64,000 nt of DNA from Raillietiella orientalis (Eukaryota): the NCBI GenBank assembly GCA_036172245.1, contig JAYWIR010000005.1:930001-994000 (forward strand), read 5' to 3'. This document shows, piece by piece, positions 11,701-24,978 of the stretch; within the stretch, counting starts at the first letter, position 1, and each line of letters starts with the position of its first letter. The position numbers were made by a program, and so were the translations under genes. The notes under the pieces are model-generated. The model made no database searches and was not told where the DNA came from. It saw only the letters and a list, made by a program, of their open reading frames with translations.

Positions 11701-12378
11701 TCGACATCCCCTCTGCCCACCTCTCCCTCGAGTAGGGAGGCGAGACCTGGCCCTCCTCCCAACCTGGGAGCGCATCCCGGGAGACCTCGGGAAGGAAGGG
11801 GAGGGAGGAACGTTCCTGGGGATCCCATCGACCCTCGGACGACTCTCTCCCCTCCTCTCCTTTCCTGGGATCTGATCACCACCAGCCACCCCGTGCAGGG
11901 ATCGTCCGGGGAGGGGCCCACTGCGCGAAGCCCTCGAGAGGGAGCCGCGCTCATCAAGAGTGAGCGGAGCCGCAGCCCCAGTTCGGGGCATCCTCAGGTC
12001 AAGGACGCGCGAGGGCTTCCTCCCAGAAAGCCCTCCTTTGACCCTCAGAGGGTCTGGCGAGGCAAGGGGAAGGCCGGGGGGGAATTCGGAGACCCCTGAG
12101 GTGACGCACCCGATCCCCCACGGTGGAGGTGCGCCCGCTTCCCAGGCTATGGAGAAGCTCCACTCCTACCCCTCCTCCCTCTTCTTCTGCCCGCCGTCAT
12201 CCAGAGCTGCTTCCCAGATCTTCAGGTGGGAAAGAGAGGTCATTGAGCCACACGAAAGAAAAGGCCGGAATCAGCCGATGACCCTCTGCTTTTTCCTAGT
12301 CCGCCCAACGCTCCCTGCGCACCACCCGTCGGATGGCGCCTCCACTGGGGAGGAGGGCTGCGGAGACTTTCGACTCAC

Positions 12379-12480
12379 CTCCAGCAGGGAGCCCTCCTCG
12401 GACGCCTGCGACAGCTGCCTCAAGGTCACGCCCGCCCTCTGGCCGCCGTCCAGGATGCTGTCGAGGCTCTTCGACCGCCG
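12379..12480 (-). CDS. Exon (RRSKSLDSILDGGQRAGVTLRQLSQASEEGSLLE), probably an upstream exon of the RhoGEF
   Basis: Polypyrimidine tract plus TAG acceptor, GTGAGT donor, 102-nt open frame. Linkage to the RhoGEF is inferred from strand and position only. Confidence 0.5.
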
Positions 12481-13673
12481 CTAGGAAAGACAGAGAGGAA
12501 AAAGGTCAGTGGTCGCTCAGGTCAAGGTCACTCGGGCCCGAAGAGTGCCTCTCTCCCTCCCTCCCGACATGCGCAGTGAGGAAACTCCTTCCTCCTGGGG
12601 TTCTCTCCTCCTGGGGCGCCAATTGGGGTCTGTCCATGGTTCTGCAGCCGTAGGCAGCATCACCACCGTCTGCCACTACGCCGAGGAGTCTCCGTTCTTC
12701 CCGAGGGGAACCGACGCGATCGCACGGCCGCCTCCGGGGGACTCCCGTTAATCTCCAGGATCAAAGGACGGGATCGTTTGATCCTTTCCCGTTCCACCTC
12801 CTCGGGCGCGTGATGCGCGTCTTCCGGAGGGAGGGAGGGAAGGGAGGGAGGGAGGGAGGACGGAAGTCCCCCTCCCGGCTGCGAATCTCCGGCCCGCTCG
12901 GATAACGGGGCGCGCCCGCTCACTTCGCAGGCGGACCCTTCGCGCGCATCCCGGGCCTGTCCGTTGCCAGATTGCCGGAGCTCGCGGCTCGAGCTGGATG
13001 CTGAGCGAACCGGCGGCAGCGAAAGGGACAAGTCCTCGAAAGGGAAGGAAGAGGGAGCGCCTGCATCCGATTTTTTTCTCGGGAACGTGACCTCCTCCGC
13101 CCAGCGGCATCCCATCCACAAAGCGCCCGAAAAAAAGGAAAAAAAAAAAAAGGAGAAAAGAAGGAAAAAAAAATTCTGGTAGCTCCGGAGACTCGGAGAT
13201 CCTCCACAAACATTAAGAGGACTGCGAAGAGTTGCTCTGGGCTTCTCGCTCGATTTCCCGGGAGAGCAGCGAGCACGACGAACGGATGAGGAACTTCTGC
13301 TCGTCCTCTTCGGAGAAGCCTCCCTTCCTCCTCCCTTTGCCCCGCTAATTGGCTCCCTGGAGCCGCATTTCGGAATGATCTCAGAGTGCAAGAAAGATGA
13401 AGATCCGTTCTCGTGTGCGCTTTTCGGGAAGAATTCGACTCGAATCCCCAGAGGACAGCTCAGGGCGCGAACACCGAGCAGCCCGCGTCGCCCCCCCCCC
13501 TCCCCCATCCTTTCGCGTTGAAGGTCACAAGACGGGGACCGAAAAATTAGTGGCAACTTTCCGAGGTCCTTGATTTCATAGAGTCACAAAGTGAGAACGC
13601 GGGTCGCGCGAAGCCGGTTCAAGCCACAAGCTGCTGCATCGAATCGTAGGTGGAGCACTCGCCGTCAACAACA

Positions 13674-15132
13674 ATGAGGCGCGGGTCGGCAACAATGTGT
13701 GCTACGAGCAGTGCCTTCTCATTGTTGGTTGGGAGACCTGCTCGTTTTGTGGCTTCGCTTCGGTTTTCCAACGTGTCTGCCTTTGGCCAACTTGTTGAAA
13801 GAGGACTCCCCCCAAAAAGATTCCGGAACGGACCAGGTCCGTGTCCCCCTCTGGAAACCTTTCTTTCTTTCGCTGCTGCCGTTTCGTTGTTTCTCGCCTT
13901 TCGGTTGTGATTGCCACAGATTCAGAAATTCACTCGAGAACAGCAAGACAGGGATCGATCACGAAAATCACGACATGAGTACAACTTACGTTCAGCCTGC
14001 CTCTTCTGGTGGAAACGATTACGAGGAAGCAGGCGCTCTCTTCGGACGGCCATCTTAAACAACAGGTGTGGGAACGAGCAGAGTTCTTCGGGGGCATCAG
14101 GCGAAGGAAGAAAACCCCTGCTAGCGGGCAGGCACCCAGCAGAGAGGTCCGGGACACGGGATGCTGCGATCCGGCGGCGGCGACGTCCAGCGTCCTCGAA
14201 TCGACGACGGGACGACGCGCGCTTCGCGGCCTCCCGTACGAAACTGGCGCTGGTTTCTCTCGGAGCAGACTCCAGCCTCTCCTTCGGATGCCGAAAATGA
14301 TGGGGAGCTGCCTCACACCGCGACACTTGAGCTTCCGCGATCTTCTCGACGTACCGGAGGGAACGATGCGCACGTGCAGCCGCGGTACTGCAGCGAGCAC
14401 TGACCACATCCTTTTCCCCTCGGAGTACTCGCGTCGCTCCCGTGCCAAGCAAGAAACGATTTCCTCTCTGGAAGCCGCCGATCCCGTATTCCCAAGGCGG
14501 CGGCAGCGATCGGCGGCAGCATGTTGTTTTTTTTATGCTTGCCCGAGCGGTCCTTCCGGTTCCATCTGTCAAGACTGCTTTATTTATTTATTTATTATTT
14601 CATTTTATGTCGTTTTCTTTCAGTCAGCGGAAACCCCAAGCGTTGTACCCGTTCTGTTCGCTCCACCTGCCACCGTAGGTCTCGGCTTCCGCCTGGATGG
14701 TTCCCGGTCTGATCTTCTCGAAGAATCGAACTCGTCCAAGCCAGACGGTTCCCGCGCGCAGCCTTGGAAAATCCTGATTTCGCAGTCCTCTGGTCAGGTC
14801 GTGCTCGCGTTCGCAAACCCGCCACAGGGGGGTCTCGTTGAGCACAACAAAGCAAAAAGACGGGAAGAAAACACAAAGGAAAAATCTCTCGCTGAAGGGA
14901 TTGTTGGTGCTCCTGCTCTCTGGAAACTTGCCCGTCTTCCCGTTCTTCCCCCCTTCCTCCTCCCCCGTCTCTTTCGGGTTCTTCCTCCGCAGCCACTTTG
15001 ACACCATCACACCTGGATCAGTCCCGTACAGCAGTTGACATCTTCAGGGAAGGGCTCACCGAGATACATGATGCCGGCTTTCGCATCTGCCTGGACCGTT
15101 ATCACCTTCGCCCGCGCCACGATTCCCACTGA
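13674..15132 (+). CDS. Five-exon gene encoding a roughly 168-aa basic protein of unknown function
   Basis: Exons 13674-13727, 13920-14065, 14269-14384, 14624-14674 and 14993-15132 join with matching phases from ATG to TGA (…IQKFTREQQDRDRSRK…LQPLLRMPKMMGSCLTPRHLSFRDLLDV…AVDIFREGLTEIHDAGFRICLDRYHLRPRHDSH*). The first exon is the least certain. Confidence 0.55.
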
Positions 15133-16274
15133 TTCTTCGAGGAGGGCCATCCGCGGCCTTCGTACCGAGGTTCGAGGCTACACACGTCCGCCAACGAGCT
15201 CCGTCTTTCGACCACTCTGATTTGCTCTGCTGCTGCTGTTGCAACGCCCCCGGCACCTCCCTCGCCGGCTCTGGAGCGCGCGCGTCCTTCAGCTCGGCAG
15301 CGGACCTGCCCCGGGACCCTTCCCTCCTCGGCCCGGCGTCGGTCCGTGGAGCACACAGAGACTTCACGTCTCTTTTCCGCGCCATCAAGAACCCGGGCGA
15401 CTTGACCCGCCACCATCACGGGCTGCGTCACGCCGAGCCTTCCCCTTCCGGACGCTCGGCAGGGTTGCTGGACTGCCCCGTACCAAAGGGAAAGGAACCC
15501 CTGCCAGCGCCATGGGGAGCCCAGGAGTTTGAACGCGAATCCAACGCTGCAAGAATCTCGCAGCAGTGCTCGCCTGCTAAGAATACCAATGTCCGCTGAA
15601 GAGAGGGTTGTCGAAATTACCAGGGGATGCAATCAACAAAAAACCGCTCTTTCGACGGCATGTCAGGGCGAATATCTGTTTATGCAAGCCATGGATGCCC
15701 AATCAGTTGCACAGAAAAGCAGTAGTGATTTATCGTTTGAAGGATGCATTGCCCAGCTTCCCAACGGAGGAGCATCTGTTTGCTTTTGGTTCTTGCGACT
15801 GTGGAAAGCGAGGGAAGAAAAAAAAAATTAGCGAATCGGAGAGAGAGCAAACCCAACCCTTTGAATGGAACGAAAGCTCCTTCTCCCCCAACCCCTCCTT
15901 TCCCCGTTCGCGCGCTTGCCTGCACGCGAAAGCTCCTCTCTCGCGCGTACGCTGCAAGAACTTCGCAGCAGCCCTCGCCTCGGATTTCTTCGGCGCAACT
16001 GCGCGTCCTCTGTCCGTTTGCGTGAGCAGGGAAAGCAATGGCGGCGGCGAGTTGGCCCTCCGGTGCTGTCGCGGCTGCTGCGGCGGCAAGCGTGCGTGCA
16101 GCGAGTTCCCCTCGTGGAGCCACAGGTGGCGAATGCCAGAGCACACTTTCGCTCTTCCTCCTCCCACTTCCAGACAGGGCAACACGCACTCGCCTTTGCA
16201 TGGCACCGACGGACATCTTTGCATTCGCAGCGAGATGGAAATCCTTTTCTGTCTTCGCAGTTCTTCCACACGGT

Positions 16275-16950
16275 TCCACGCCACCCAAGGGTGGGTATTC
16301 TTCAAGATAGGGGGTACCCCGGGATGGGGGTTCCGCCCTATGAATCCAGGAAGGACTCGGAGTTTGTTCCTCTCACGCCTGGGGAGGGATCCCCGGAAAT
16401 GGAGATCACTTCCACGCTGGTTGTCTCCGAATGGGAATCCAGCAGGGAATCTCTTTTCTTATTCTCTCCGAAGAGACTCCGCTCCGGTTTTTCTCTGAAG
16501 GGAACCTAGAAGGGATCCGATCCTGTTTTTACTCCTCTGAAGAGAACCCAGAAGGGACACTTCCGAAATTCATAAGGACGCAGCTTCCCCGAAGGGATCG
16601 GCTCGCTTCTCTACACTTTCTGGAGAGGTGGTGGCGACACACCTACCCCATCAGTACGACGCGGAGGGTCCTCCGGAATGGGGGGTCCGTTTCTTCACAA
16701 CCGGAGGGGAGCTCTCATTCCGTGATTCCTGGAAAGACCGAAAGTCGACTCCCATTTGTCCCGACCCTCATCGGGGGCCATTCGGTTTTAACCGCTACCA
16801 GTGCCGCACCGGATGAGTGTAGGCCAACCAGCGTCATCTTATGGGGTGAACTCGGGACCCACGACGCACTGCGTCGATTCCTTCGGAGTATTGGAACCCA
16901 CGACGCATGGCGCCACGCGCGGAGACCACCGTAACCACACGGCCTCCGAC
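16275..16950 (-). mobile_element. tRNA-derived SINE-like element, copy B
   Basis: The minus-strand head GTCGGAGGCCGTGTGGTTACGG (cf. the TGGCCGAGTGG A-box) is followed by GTCGTGGGTTCCAATAC (B-box-like). Homologous along its full length to copy A. Confidence 0.78.
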
Positions 16951-18552
16951 TCAGCCGATCGAACTTTCGTGGTCAGCATCGACTAGAGCTTCGAACCAGA
17001 GCGTTCCGGTAATCATTCACTTTTCGAAAGTGGTGGTGGTAAAAATGTCGGCGCTGGTGAACAGGAACATTAAGGATAGGTTGGATGGGATAAAGAGCGG
17101 CGAACGCTTTTTTTTCTTCACATGATTAACGCGGGATGGGAAAAAGATAATGGTATTTAGTTGTTAGTATGCACAAGAGGATGCAAACTCGGAGCTTGAA
17201 GAAAAGAATGCAAAGGTGGGAAGAACGTGCCGGCGTTTCTGCGATTTCTTGGGGGAAGGATTCCGAGATGCATGGGCAGAACATGAGATCAAGATGCCGA
17301 ATATAGCGGATTCGAGGATGAAAACCGCCTACAAGAGAAGTTTCCTCCAGAAATGGCATCTACACGTTTCTTGCCAGACGGTTTGGAACTGCTGCAGGGG
17401 TGAGAAACCGAGGTTTTGTGTGAATTTCGGTATGGCGTTCTGTGTAAACTCACTACTGCCCTTTTTTTTGTTTTTTTCTATGACTAGGCCTTCTAAGATG
17501 GTCATAGGCTCTATACCTCAGCTGCCTCTTCCGCGAGGTGCGACCAATCTGAATCCTCGAGGAACCAAAGTATGGGATATTGAGGAACAAGATGCCGACT
17601 CCCGAAAAGATGCCTGATTTCTCCCTCTCAACACGTTGAGCATGTGATCAGATGATTCGAGCTCCTTCCAGTGCGTGCCTGTATAGAGAAGGGGTTTTGA
17701 AAATTCCACAGGGGAAGGGGATGGCAGAGCGCAGTGCCGAGTGTGCCCTCTGCCTGAGGTCCACCAATGTCGGCGGTGTTCCACGAGAATGGCATCTGAA
17801 GATTAGCACGCCTCTTTCGTCAAAGCCTAGGCAATCTCACGATCTTTGGTACTGAGAAAGAAGTGCACGCGCAGAGAGAACGTCCCGAAGACAAGAAGCA
17901 CTGCGAGGCGTGCTCAACGTGTTGCGCGCGCACGCGCCTTTGCCTCAAGGAACCAGCGGAACACTGGGAGGTCCCACGAGAAGGCAGAAAACCTGGTGCT
18001 GCAGCCGCAAAGCCCGCGAGCGAGCACCCTCGCCGGGATGAGCGGCGCGCACGAGCCAATCTGACCCGGTGTCTCCCCCTCCTGGTCTGCCCGCAGCGAG
18101 CAGGCAGCATTACCGAAGGACTTCGCAGCCAGGGGAAAAAAAGGTTCCGTTTCATGGTGGTGGGGAAGGCGTTTGTGGCCCGAGGCTTCTCCAAGTCTCA
18201 TGCCACAAGCGCCATCGTCAAACCCAAGCTGGGAGCGATGCGTCGGCTGCTCTGGCAACAGAGCGCGGCAACCCTTCACGTCGGCGAGCGCAGACTGGTA
18301 AGCAGCCGTGCTCTGCCGGCAAAGCTGAAAGCATCATTTTGATCTAGTGAGATGGAGCAAAGCTTCCCAATGCCGCAGCAAATCTCGACAACAATGGGAG
18401 ACGGAAGAGAACGCGTGGAAACGGCTGTGTGTGCCACTAGAGATGGACAACCCTCAAGGGGCCTCCAGCTACAAGAACCGGACCCCTCTGCCGTCCTATT
18501 TTCAGGAAACCACCCCCTAATTGGATAGAAAAATCTAGGTCCACGTACGGGT

Positions 18553-18574
18553 TACGAGGATACGTATCCTCGTA
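18553..18574. repeat. Perfect 22-bp palindrome
   Basis: tacgaggatac|gtatcctcgta. Confidence 0.95.
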
Positions 18575-19323
18575 GCAACCATCGCCAGCGGATCGGAGGG
18601 ATGCATCCCCGCAGTAGTCCTCCTCCTATGATGGGGGGAGTTCACCTGAGCTGCCATGTGATCCAGGCTCTTCCCTGCGTCAGCTGCCTGGAGAAACGAA
18701 AAGCATCCAGCGCAAATTCGCCGGTGCCTCCGGAAACTGCAGACTTGCAGGCAGCCAGGCAGCGTGGTGACTGCCTTGCCGTAGCTGGTCTACGAGGGAC
18801 CGCTGTTCTCTTACGGTCACTTTGCTGCTCCTCCTTCTCTCCTCCGACTTCCTCAAGCTCGCGCGAATGTCGCGAGACCTTATGTGCGACTGTGGGCATC
18901 CGCCCGGATGTCGGCGGACCGGCTCTGCCTACTTTCAGAGGGGAGAGGAAGGAGAATGAGGATTGCATGTATGGAATCGAATGTGCTTCCTCGCCTCCTC
19001 GCGTCGGGCTGACGGAAGTATAGCCAGCGAAGGCACCCCCTGATCTCTCTGAGATGAAGCATCGGCGGAAAGCCCCGGGTAGGAGGCAGGACAAATAACC
19101 ATCCTGTCCACCGCAGCAGCGCTCGACTGCATACAAACGGAGGGGGCAGATTGGCTCCGCTTGGGAAATGCGGAGGAAGAGGAAGGAGAGGATGGAGGCG
19201 TTCGAACCTCCCTCCGAGCAACCCCGATCTTCCAAGCTCCCATCTTCCGCACCAGTCAGGAGCTGCTTCCTTCCCGACATTCTACGTCCAAGAAAAGAGC
19301 AAGATGGAAGAGACAGCACTCAC

Positions 19324-19650
19324 CTGGGTCTCTGCGGGTCCTTCTGCTATCGTGCCTCGAGCCGCTGCCCTCGCCGCCTCGTTTTCTGGAGAGACAAGAA
19401 AGAGGAGGAGAGAGAAATGGTCGCACAGAGGCTACTGCGTGATACGCTCGCACTCAGCGCCACGGAACTTGTCAAACCAACTTTTCACCTCCTGGAGAGC
19501 CCGACCTGGGACCTATTCCGCCACCCTGTGTGTCCTTGGAAACCGGACCAGAGTTATGCATGTACTCTCCGGGTGGATGAGACCGAAGTGTGCTGGACGG
19601 TGGAATATGTGCTTCGTTAAGCAGGTGTCTTTGTTCCCCTTCCACATTCC
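19324..19650 (-). CDS. Two exons of an unidentified low-complexity protein gene
   Basis: Exons 19650-19489 and 19385-19324 join in phase (NVEGEQRHLLNEAHIPP…GSPG-ENEAARAAARGTIAEGPAETQ). The second exon has a strong pyrimidine tract and a GTGAGT donor. Confidence 0.4.
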
Positions 19651-22600
19651 CTAAGGCACTTTTGAGACCAGCGACGTAATCCTCTCCTATGAGGTCGGGA
19701 CATAAGAGTCGCCATTTCGATAAGGAAGGAAGGACAAGAATCTACAAAGCAATGGGATGGGGGTAACTGTGTCGACTAGCAGTATCTAGTACCATCTTCA
19801 CAAACCACGGCCACCCACTACGTCTTTGTGCGCATGCGTTGAGAACGAGAACGACCGATAGCGATGCACACGCCCACGCCAGATGCGAACCTGCATAGAT
19901 ATGCAGCACAGAAGCGGAAGAGGAGGAGACGCTCATGCGTCTCTGTAGGAACCGGTGGCGGTTGCACAGAGGAGTGACTGGAGGAGCAGCACCGCGACCA
20001 CTGGTTTTCCAAAGCATCCTGGGGTAGCATCTCCAGAATTCGGACTCCTCGGAAAACCTGACCCTGGTTCTGTAACACAAGGGTGACAAGAATGGAACTG
20101 CGGGGAAGTTCCTTGCGGAAGCCATCGCTCTCAGGATGCCGACAAGGCCTCATATCCCGCTCTTGTGAAGTTTTTAAAAAAGTCTTCGGCCCAGATACTG
20201 CGCGGTGGTTTACAGCTCGCTCTTGCGTGAAAGCAGAGGTGAAGAGGAGTGTTTGCATGCACACATGTTATGGCAACCCTGGAACAACTGTCTTATCAGA
20301 AAGCGCGCCATCGGAGGACGATCGGAAACCTAGTCCATTTGATTGAGGCTCGCAGGTCTTCTGATGCCAACCGAGGCTCGCATGTTTCCCAGCCACTCGC
20401 AGATTTGCCTACCACCACTTCTGGTCCAGATGCCGTGGTCACTCGCGTTCATGAAACGGGTTCCCTTCTTCCAGGGACCCAGATTTTCCCCTACTGGCGC
20501 CGTCCAACCTCGCGATGCAGGGAAGAAAACAAAAAAGCTTATAATAGTCCAGCAATCAGCTCCCCATCATCGTACATAAGCAGGGAAGTAGAGCGATAGA
20601 GAAACTCCCGTGCAGGTCCCCCCACCAAATGCAGGGCTCTCCGTCTGCTTGCTGACGTATGGTCTTCCCGGTCCCTCAATCTGACCACCAAAAGCGACAC
20701 AGGTGGCGAGGGCTCACATTTGGCAGCATCAGCACAACCGAAGAAGAACCAAAGAGTTGAGGAACGAGGAAGGTAGAGAAATTGGTCCTTCCCCAGGGAA
20801 CAGACTGACGAGCGTCTGCCTCACACATGGGAAATGTGTTGTTGTTTTGTTCTGTTTTTGTCTATTTTTGTCTGGCAGTGAGTGCCTGTTCCTGAGGGTT
20901 TACCCTGTCGTCCAAGGGGGTCCCGAGGAAGTGAGATCCTTTCTCGTGGTCAGAAGGTGTTTTGTAAGGGATGCTACGGCGGTCCATCGCATACACAGCT
21001 TTTCATTGAGTGTGGATGGAGGCCAAGAGCGGAAAACGAGTTCTTCACTAGGAGGACTATGCTTCGGTGGGCTTTCGCTTGGTCTCCCCCGTTGCCCGTG
21101 GCCGCCGTTCTGCAGTCGCTAGAACTTCGCGAGAGCTTTTCTCTCCCTGGCGGAGCCAGGGGAACGTCTCAACTCTTCTCATATATCGGGCGGCGACAAT
21201 GGGAAAAAGAAGGCAAACTTTTGTCGATCATCGATAGTGTCGCAAGGTCGGCCAAAGGGAGGAGGTTGGTCAGGACTTGCTGACTTCCGGAACAACAAGG
21301 AAACTCCACCCTCAGCTCACTAAGCGGCCGCTTCCCGCCGGAACCACTGAGGAAACTCATGGGTTGGAAGCGCAGCCGGAACCTCCTCCTCGGTCCAAGT
21401 CTGCGCCTGCAGGAGGTGCAAAGGTTGAGGCATAGGGGACAACTGAAAGCCCGGCGGGAGTCAACCAGAGCAATCGACCACGAGCTAAACGTGGAGAGAT
21501 AAACCCAAAGCAGTTGGAGAGAGGCAACTGATAACTTCGTCAGCGATAACGGGGCCGGCGTTGCCAAGGCAGTCCTTCAAGAAAGTGGAGGTGATGGGCA
21601 AGAAAGGGGATCTTGCTCTAGCTACTGTAGACAAGCTGTTGCTGTCCTGTAGGCGAGCTTGTGCTGCAAACTGAGCAGCGGATCGAAAAGGAATTTCTTC
21701 GGGATTTAGAAGTCAAGAGTTCCAGGGCTATCGCCAATGCTAATCGGATGCTCTTTCTCTAATAGGAGAGGATGGTGGTAAAGCATGCCAAGATGTCGTC
21801 GGGGTAGCTGCTCCTCTGCCGGGTGAATTGCACAGCAGTCCTTTCCGAACCAGAATGTCTGCAGAAAGACCACCTGGAACTTTGTGCTCGTTCCACATGC
21901 AGCAAGGTCACGAGTTCAGGAAACACATCCGTTTCATCCCCTTCGTCGGTGCATTCCTCTCCCTCGCCACTCTCGCATCAAGAAGCCGAGGGACGGGAGG
22001 TTGCTTTTGCACGGCTTCAAGAGATGGCTTGCATATTCCGCACGCGAGCGTGGCCACTCCAGATTTCGTTGTGCGGTGGCCGATCCCACGGCAGGAAAGC
22101 GCTCCCGCGCCCTCTCAGCAAACCCCTTTCGGTCGGGACCAATAACCCGGGACACAACGAGATCCTGCCTCCACGGGAAAAAAGCGCGCTCGCTCCCAGA
22201 ATGCGATTCGATGAACGGAGAAGCCTCTTCCTCTGCAGACTGAAATCGATCGTCGCCTCCACGGCCCAGAGAACAGCTTGGACGAAAGTTTGTGTGAGCG
22301 GAGCTGTCCCGCTTCTCTTCAGGGTCCCAGCGGGTTACGGGACGCGATCCGCGGCGTCTCCCCCTCTGCCTTTCGGATATCGTGATGTCATCCTCTCCAG
22401 CACTCCCGTCGCAAGGGGGCTGCCTTGCCTTCTCCGGAGCGCAGAGCAGCCCCCTTGCAACGAATCTGACGCGGTTTCCCGCCCCTGGAGTGTTGTAGTG
22501 GAAGTGGAAAGCAAAGATCCGCGTTTCAGGTGCTCCCTCTCGCACTCGAAACAGGTAGCGGCGGGGCACTGCACCGATCACACTTCCTTCGCCTGGGAGG

Positions 22601-24212
22601 AGTCCCAGGTTTCGGACTGGTTACCCTCTTTCTCCTCTGCCTGTTCCTCCCCGAGTGAAACTCTGCCAGAGGCAGAAAGAACTTCGCGTCACCTTGTGGT
22701 ATAGCAGAGAGCAAAGGGGAGTAAGTGCGCAGTGTCCTCTCTTGGCATAAGGACATTTTCCCAGGGTGCAGTAAACAACCAGGGAAAGAAGGGGAGCCAA
22801 GCCTGAGTGACGATCCCTCTCGATTCGTAGTCAGAGGCAGGGAACCTTCCACTGCGCCGTGTGTCCGTGGTTTGGTCTGTCCATGCTGCCCTGTCGCTAG
22901 CAAGGGGAGGCAGAAGCAGCGAGGGCGTAAGACGGCCTCCGCTCTTCGGCTTGCCTGCCTTCCCTCCATACCTCTGCCCTTCGTCTTTCTTCTGCGGCCC
23001 TTAAGGAAACGGACAGGTGCACGACGGTGACAGACGGGCGGCGGGGACGACAAGGTCGCCTACACCGGTCGCGCGGATTCCCCCTTCGTGCCGGCCTGCC
23101 CTCTCCGCAGCGTCCCATGCGCTCTTTCCAGGTCTTCGGAACCTGGAGCGACCCGGCGAGAAGCAAAGGAACGCGTCCAGCCGCGCCAGGATTCCCTTCT
23201 GAAGAAACAAGCAAGAAAACAACGCATATCGTCATTTATTTTTGCATTACACGCTGCTTTCGTGTTGGTTACGCGCGCGGTGTATTCCCTGTGTCGTCTC
23301 GTCGCGATTGCCATGGTTGCGCTCCCGCGGTGTTCCCCGCAGGCGAGTTCCCCCTGATACCGGTTGGCAGAGTGCCTCCGCTCCGAGTTCGTCGGCGTTT
23401 CGCCTACTGAGACGTGCTCGGCTAGGGCCCACTGGTGGAGTCTGCGCCCTGCGGGTCGCGATGCCGGTGGAGACGTGGGCGAGTGAGGGCGCAGGAGCCC
23501 GTGCCCCCAGCAGGGTTCGCGGCAAGGAGAGGTGCCCCCGTTGCCCTGAGGGACGGCATCGCAAGTGTGCCCCCCCTTCCCACTCCCATCGCCTTTTCCC
23601 TACCCTACATACAACCCCCGTGCTCTTCCCGGGTGCCGCCTACCTTCTCCCCTCGTCTTGAGGCTGCGACGGACCTTCGCAACGGGTTTTCTCCGCACCC
23701 AAGTGTACGAGGCATCCTCGGGGCGAGTCCTGCTCTGCCTGCGGTGGGAAACCGTGCCCGTCAGCTCATGTACGGCCATTTCGGAGGGAGAAGATGATGA
23801 CCCCCGGTCGGAGAAGGGGGACGACGGTAGGTGGCTGCTGCAGCAGCGGTTCCTGGGACGAGTCACCATCGTGGGAAGGAAAACACCACCCGGCTGCCTG
23901 CCCACCGAGGATCGTGCGTGGGCGTTGCGGGTTCTGGGCGGGAACTCTGTCAGCGTACGCCCGGCCCAACCTTCAAGAGGCGGCTTATCTGTTGCGGGGG
24001 AGGGGGGACGTGCCCGAGGCGTCTGCTTGCACGCCGCGCGCGTGGTTCCAGAGGCGTCAGGAGATGACGTCAGAAGAAACCGATAGTAGGTGCGGAGAGA
24101 GATGGAAGCCCTTTCTTGTCCCTCCTCCTCCTCCTCGAGCATCGGGCGGTTCCGGTTTCCTGGCCGACAGCTGAGACCTTCCTGATCGGGACGGCGACCA
24201 TCCGCTTCCACT

Positions 24213-24317
24213 CGAGCTGCCCTTCCGGGATGCGCACGCGCGCATCCCGGAAGGGCAGTTCGTCGACGACGTCTCCTCTCTTGGCCTGAACGGGGCTCCC
24301 CGAGGTCCCCGTTCAGG
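24213..24317. repeat. Two adjacent hairpins (23 bp and 11 bp)
   Basis: cgagctgcccttccgggatgcgc-acgc-gcgcatcccggaagggcagttcg at 24213-24262; cctgaacgggg…ccccgttcagg at 24285-24317. Confidence 0.93.
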
Positions 24318-24978
24318 ACAGAAGGAAATGTCTCTTGAGATGCAAAGAGACCGCCGGGCTTCCTCGCTACTGCCTCCTGTCCTTAGAAGAAAACCCCCAG
24401 AAAGAACAAGTGGAACCAGGGTAGAGCGCTGTCCTCCCTACGGGAGAACCATGGCGGTGACCGGCCCGCAAGATGGGAGGTCACCTGAGCAACTGCAGGG
24501 AGAATAAAGAAGTTGGGATGCTAGACGGCGCGTCGACGTGGACTCTCTGCAGCTGCTGCCCCGCGCACCCTCCGGGGGCACCCATCCGGCGGAAGCCGAT
24601 CCATCCGGAGAAACTCAGGAAACCTCGAGATCCCTCGAGTCCTCATTTCCACTGAAGTGGCAGAACTCGACGTTGCAGCTGCTGCACTAGTTTGACCCTA
24701 GCAACGCACATTTCCATCCGATCACAACGGGGCGTTTATTTAATGAAAAATAAGTATTTACCTGTTTTGTGGCTGGGCCGGTGGTCCAGCCACGTCCATT
24801 CCAAATGGAACCTCACTGGTCTGCCTACCGAGTTGCCGGTACGCAGATCAGTGAGGTCCACCACGGCAGCGGCGCAAAGGGGCAACAAAAGAAAAAGAAA
24901 AAATAATAAATAAATAAATAAACAGACTTTGTTGGGGGGAGAGGGGGGAAGGGATCACAGTCTGCTGGAGAAGGTCCC

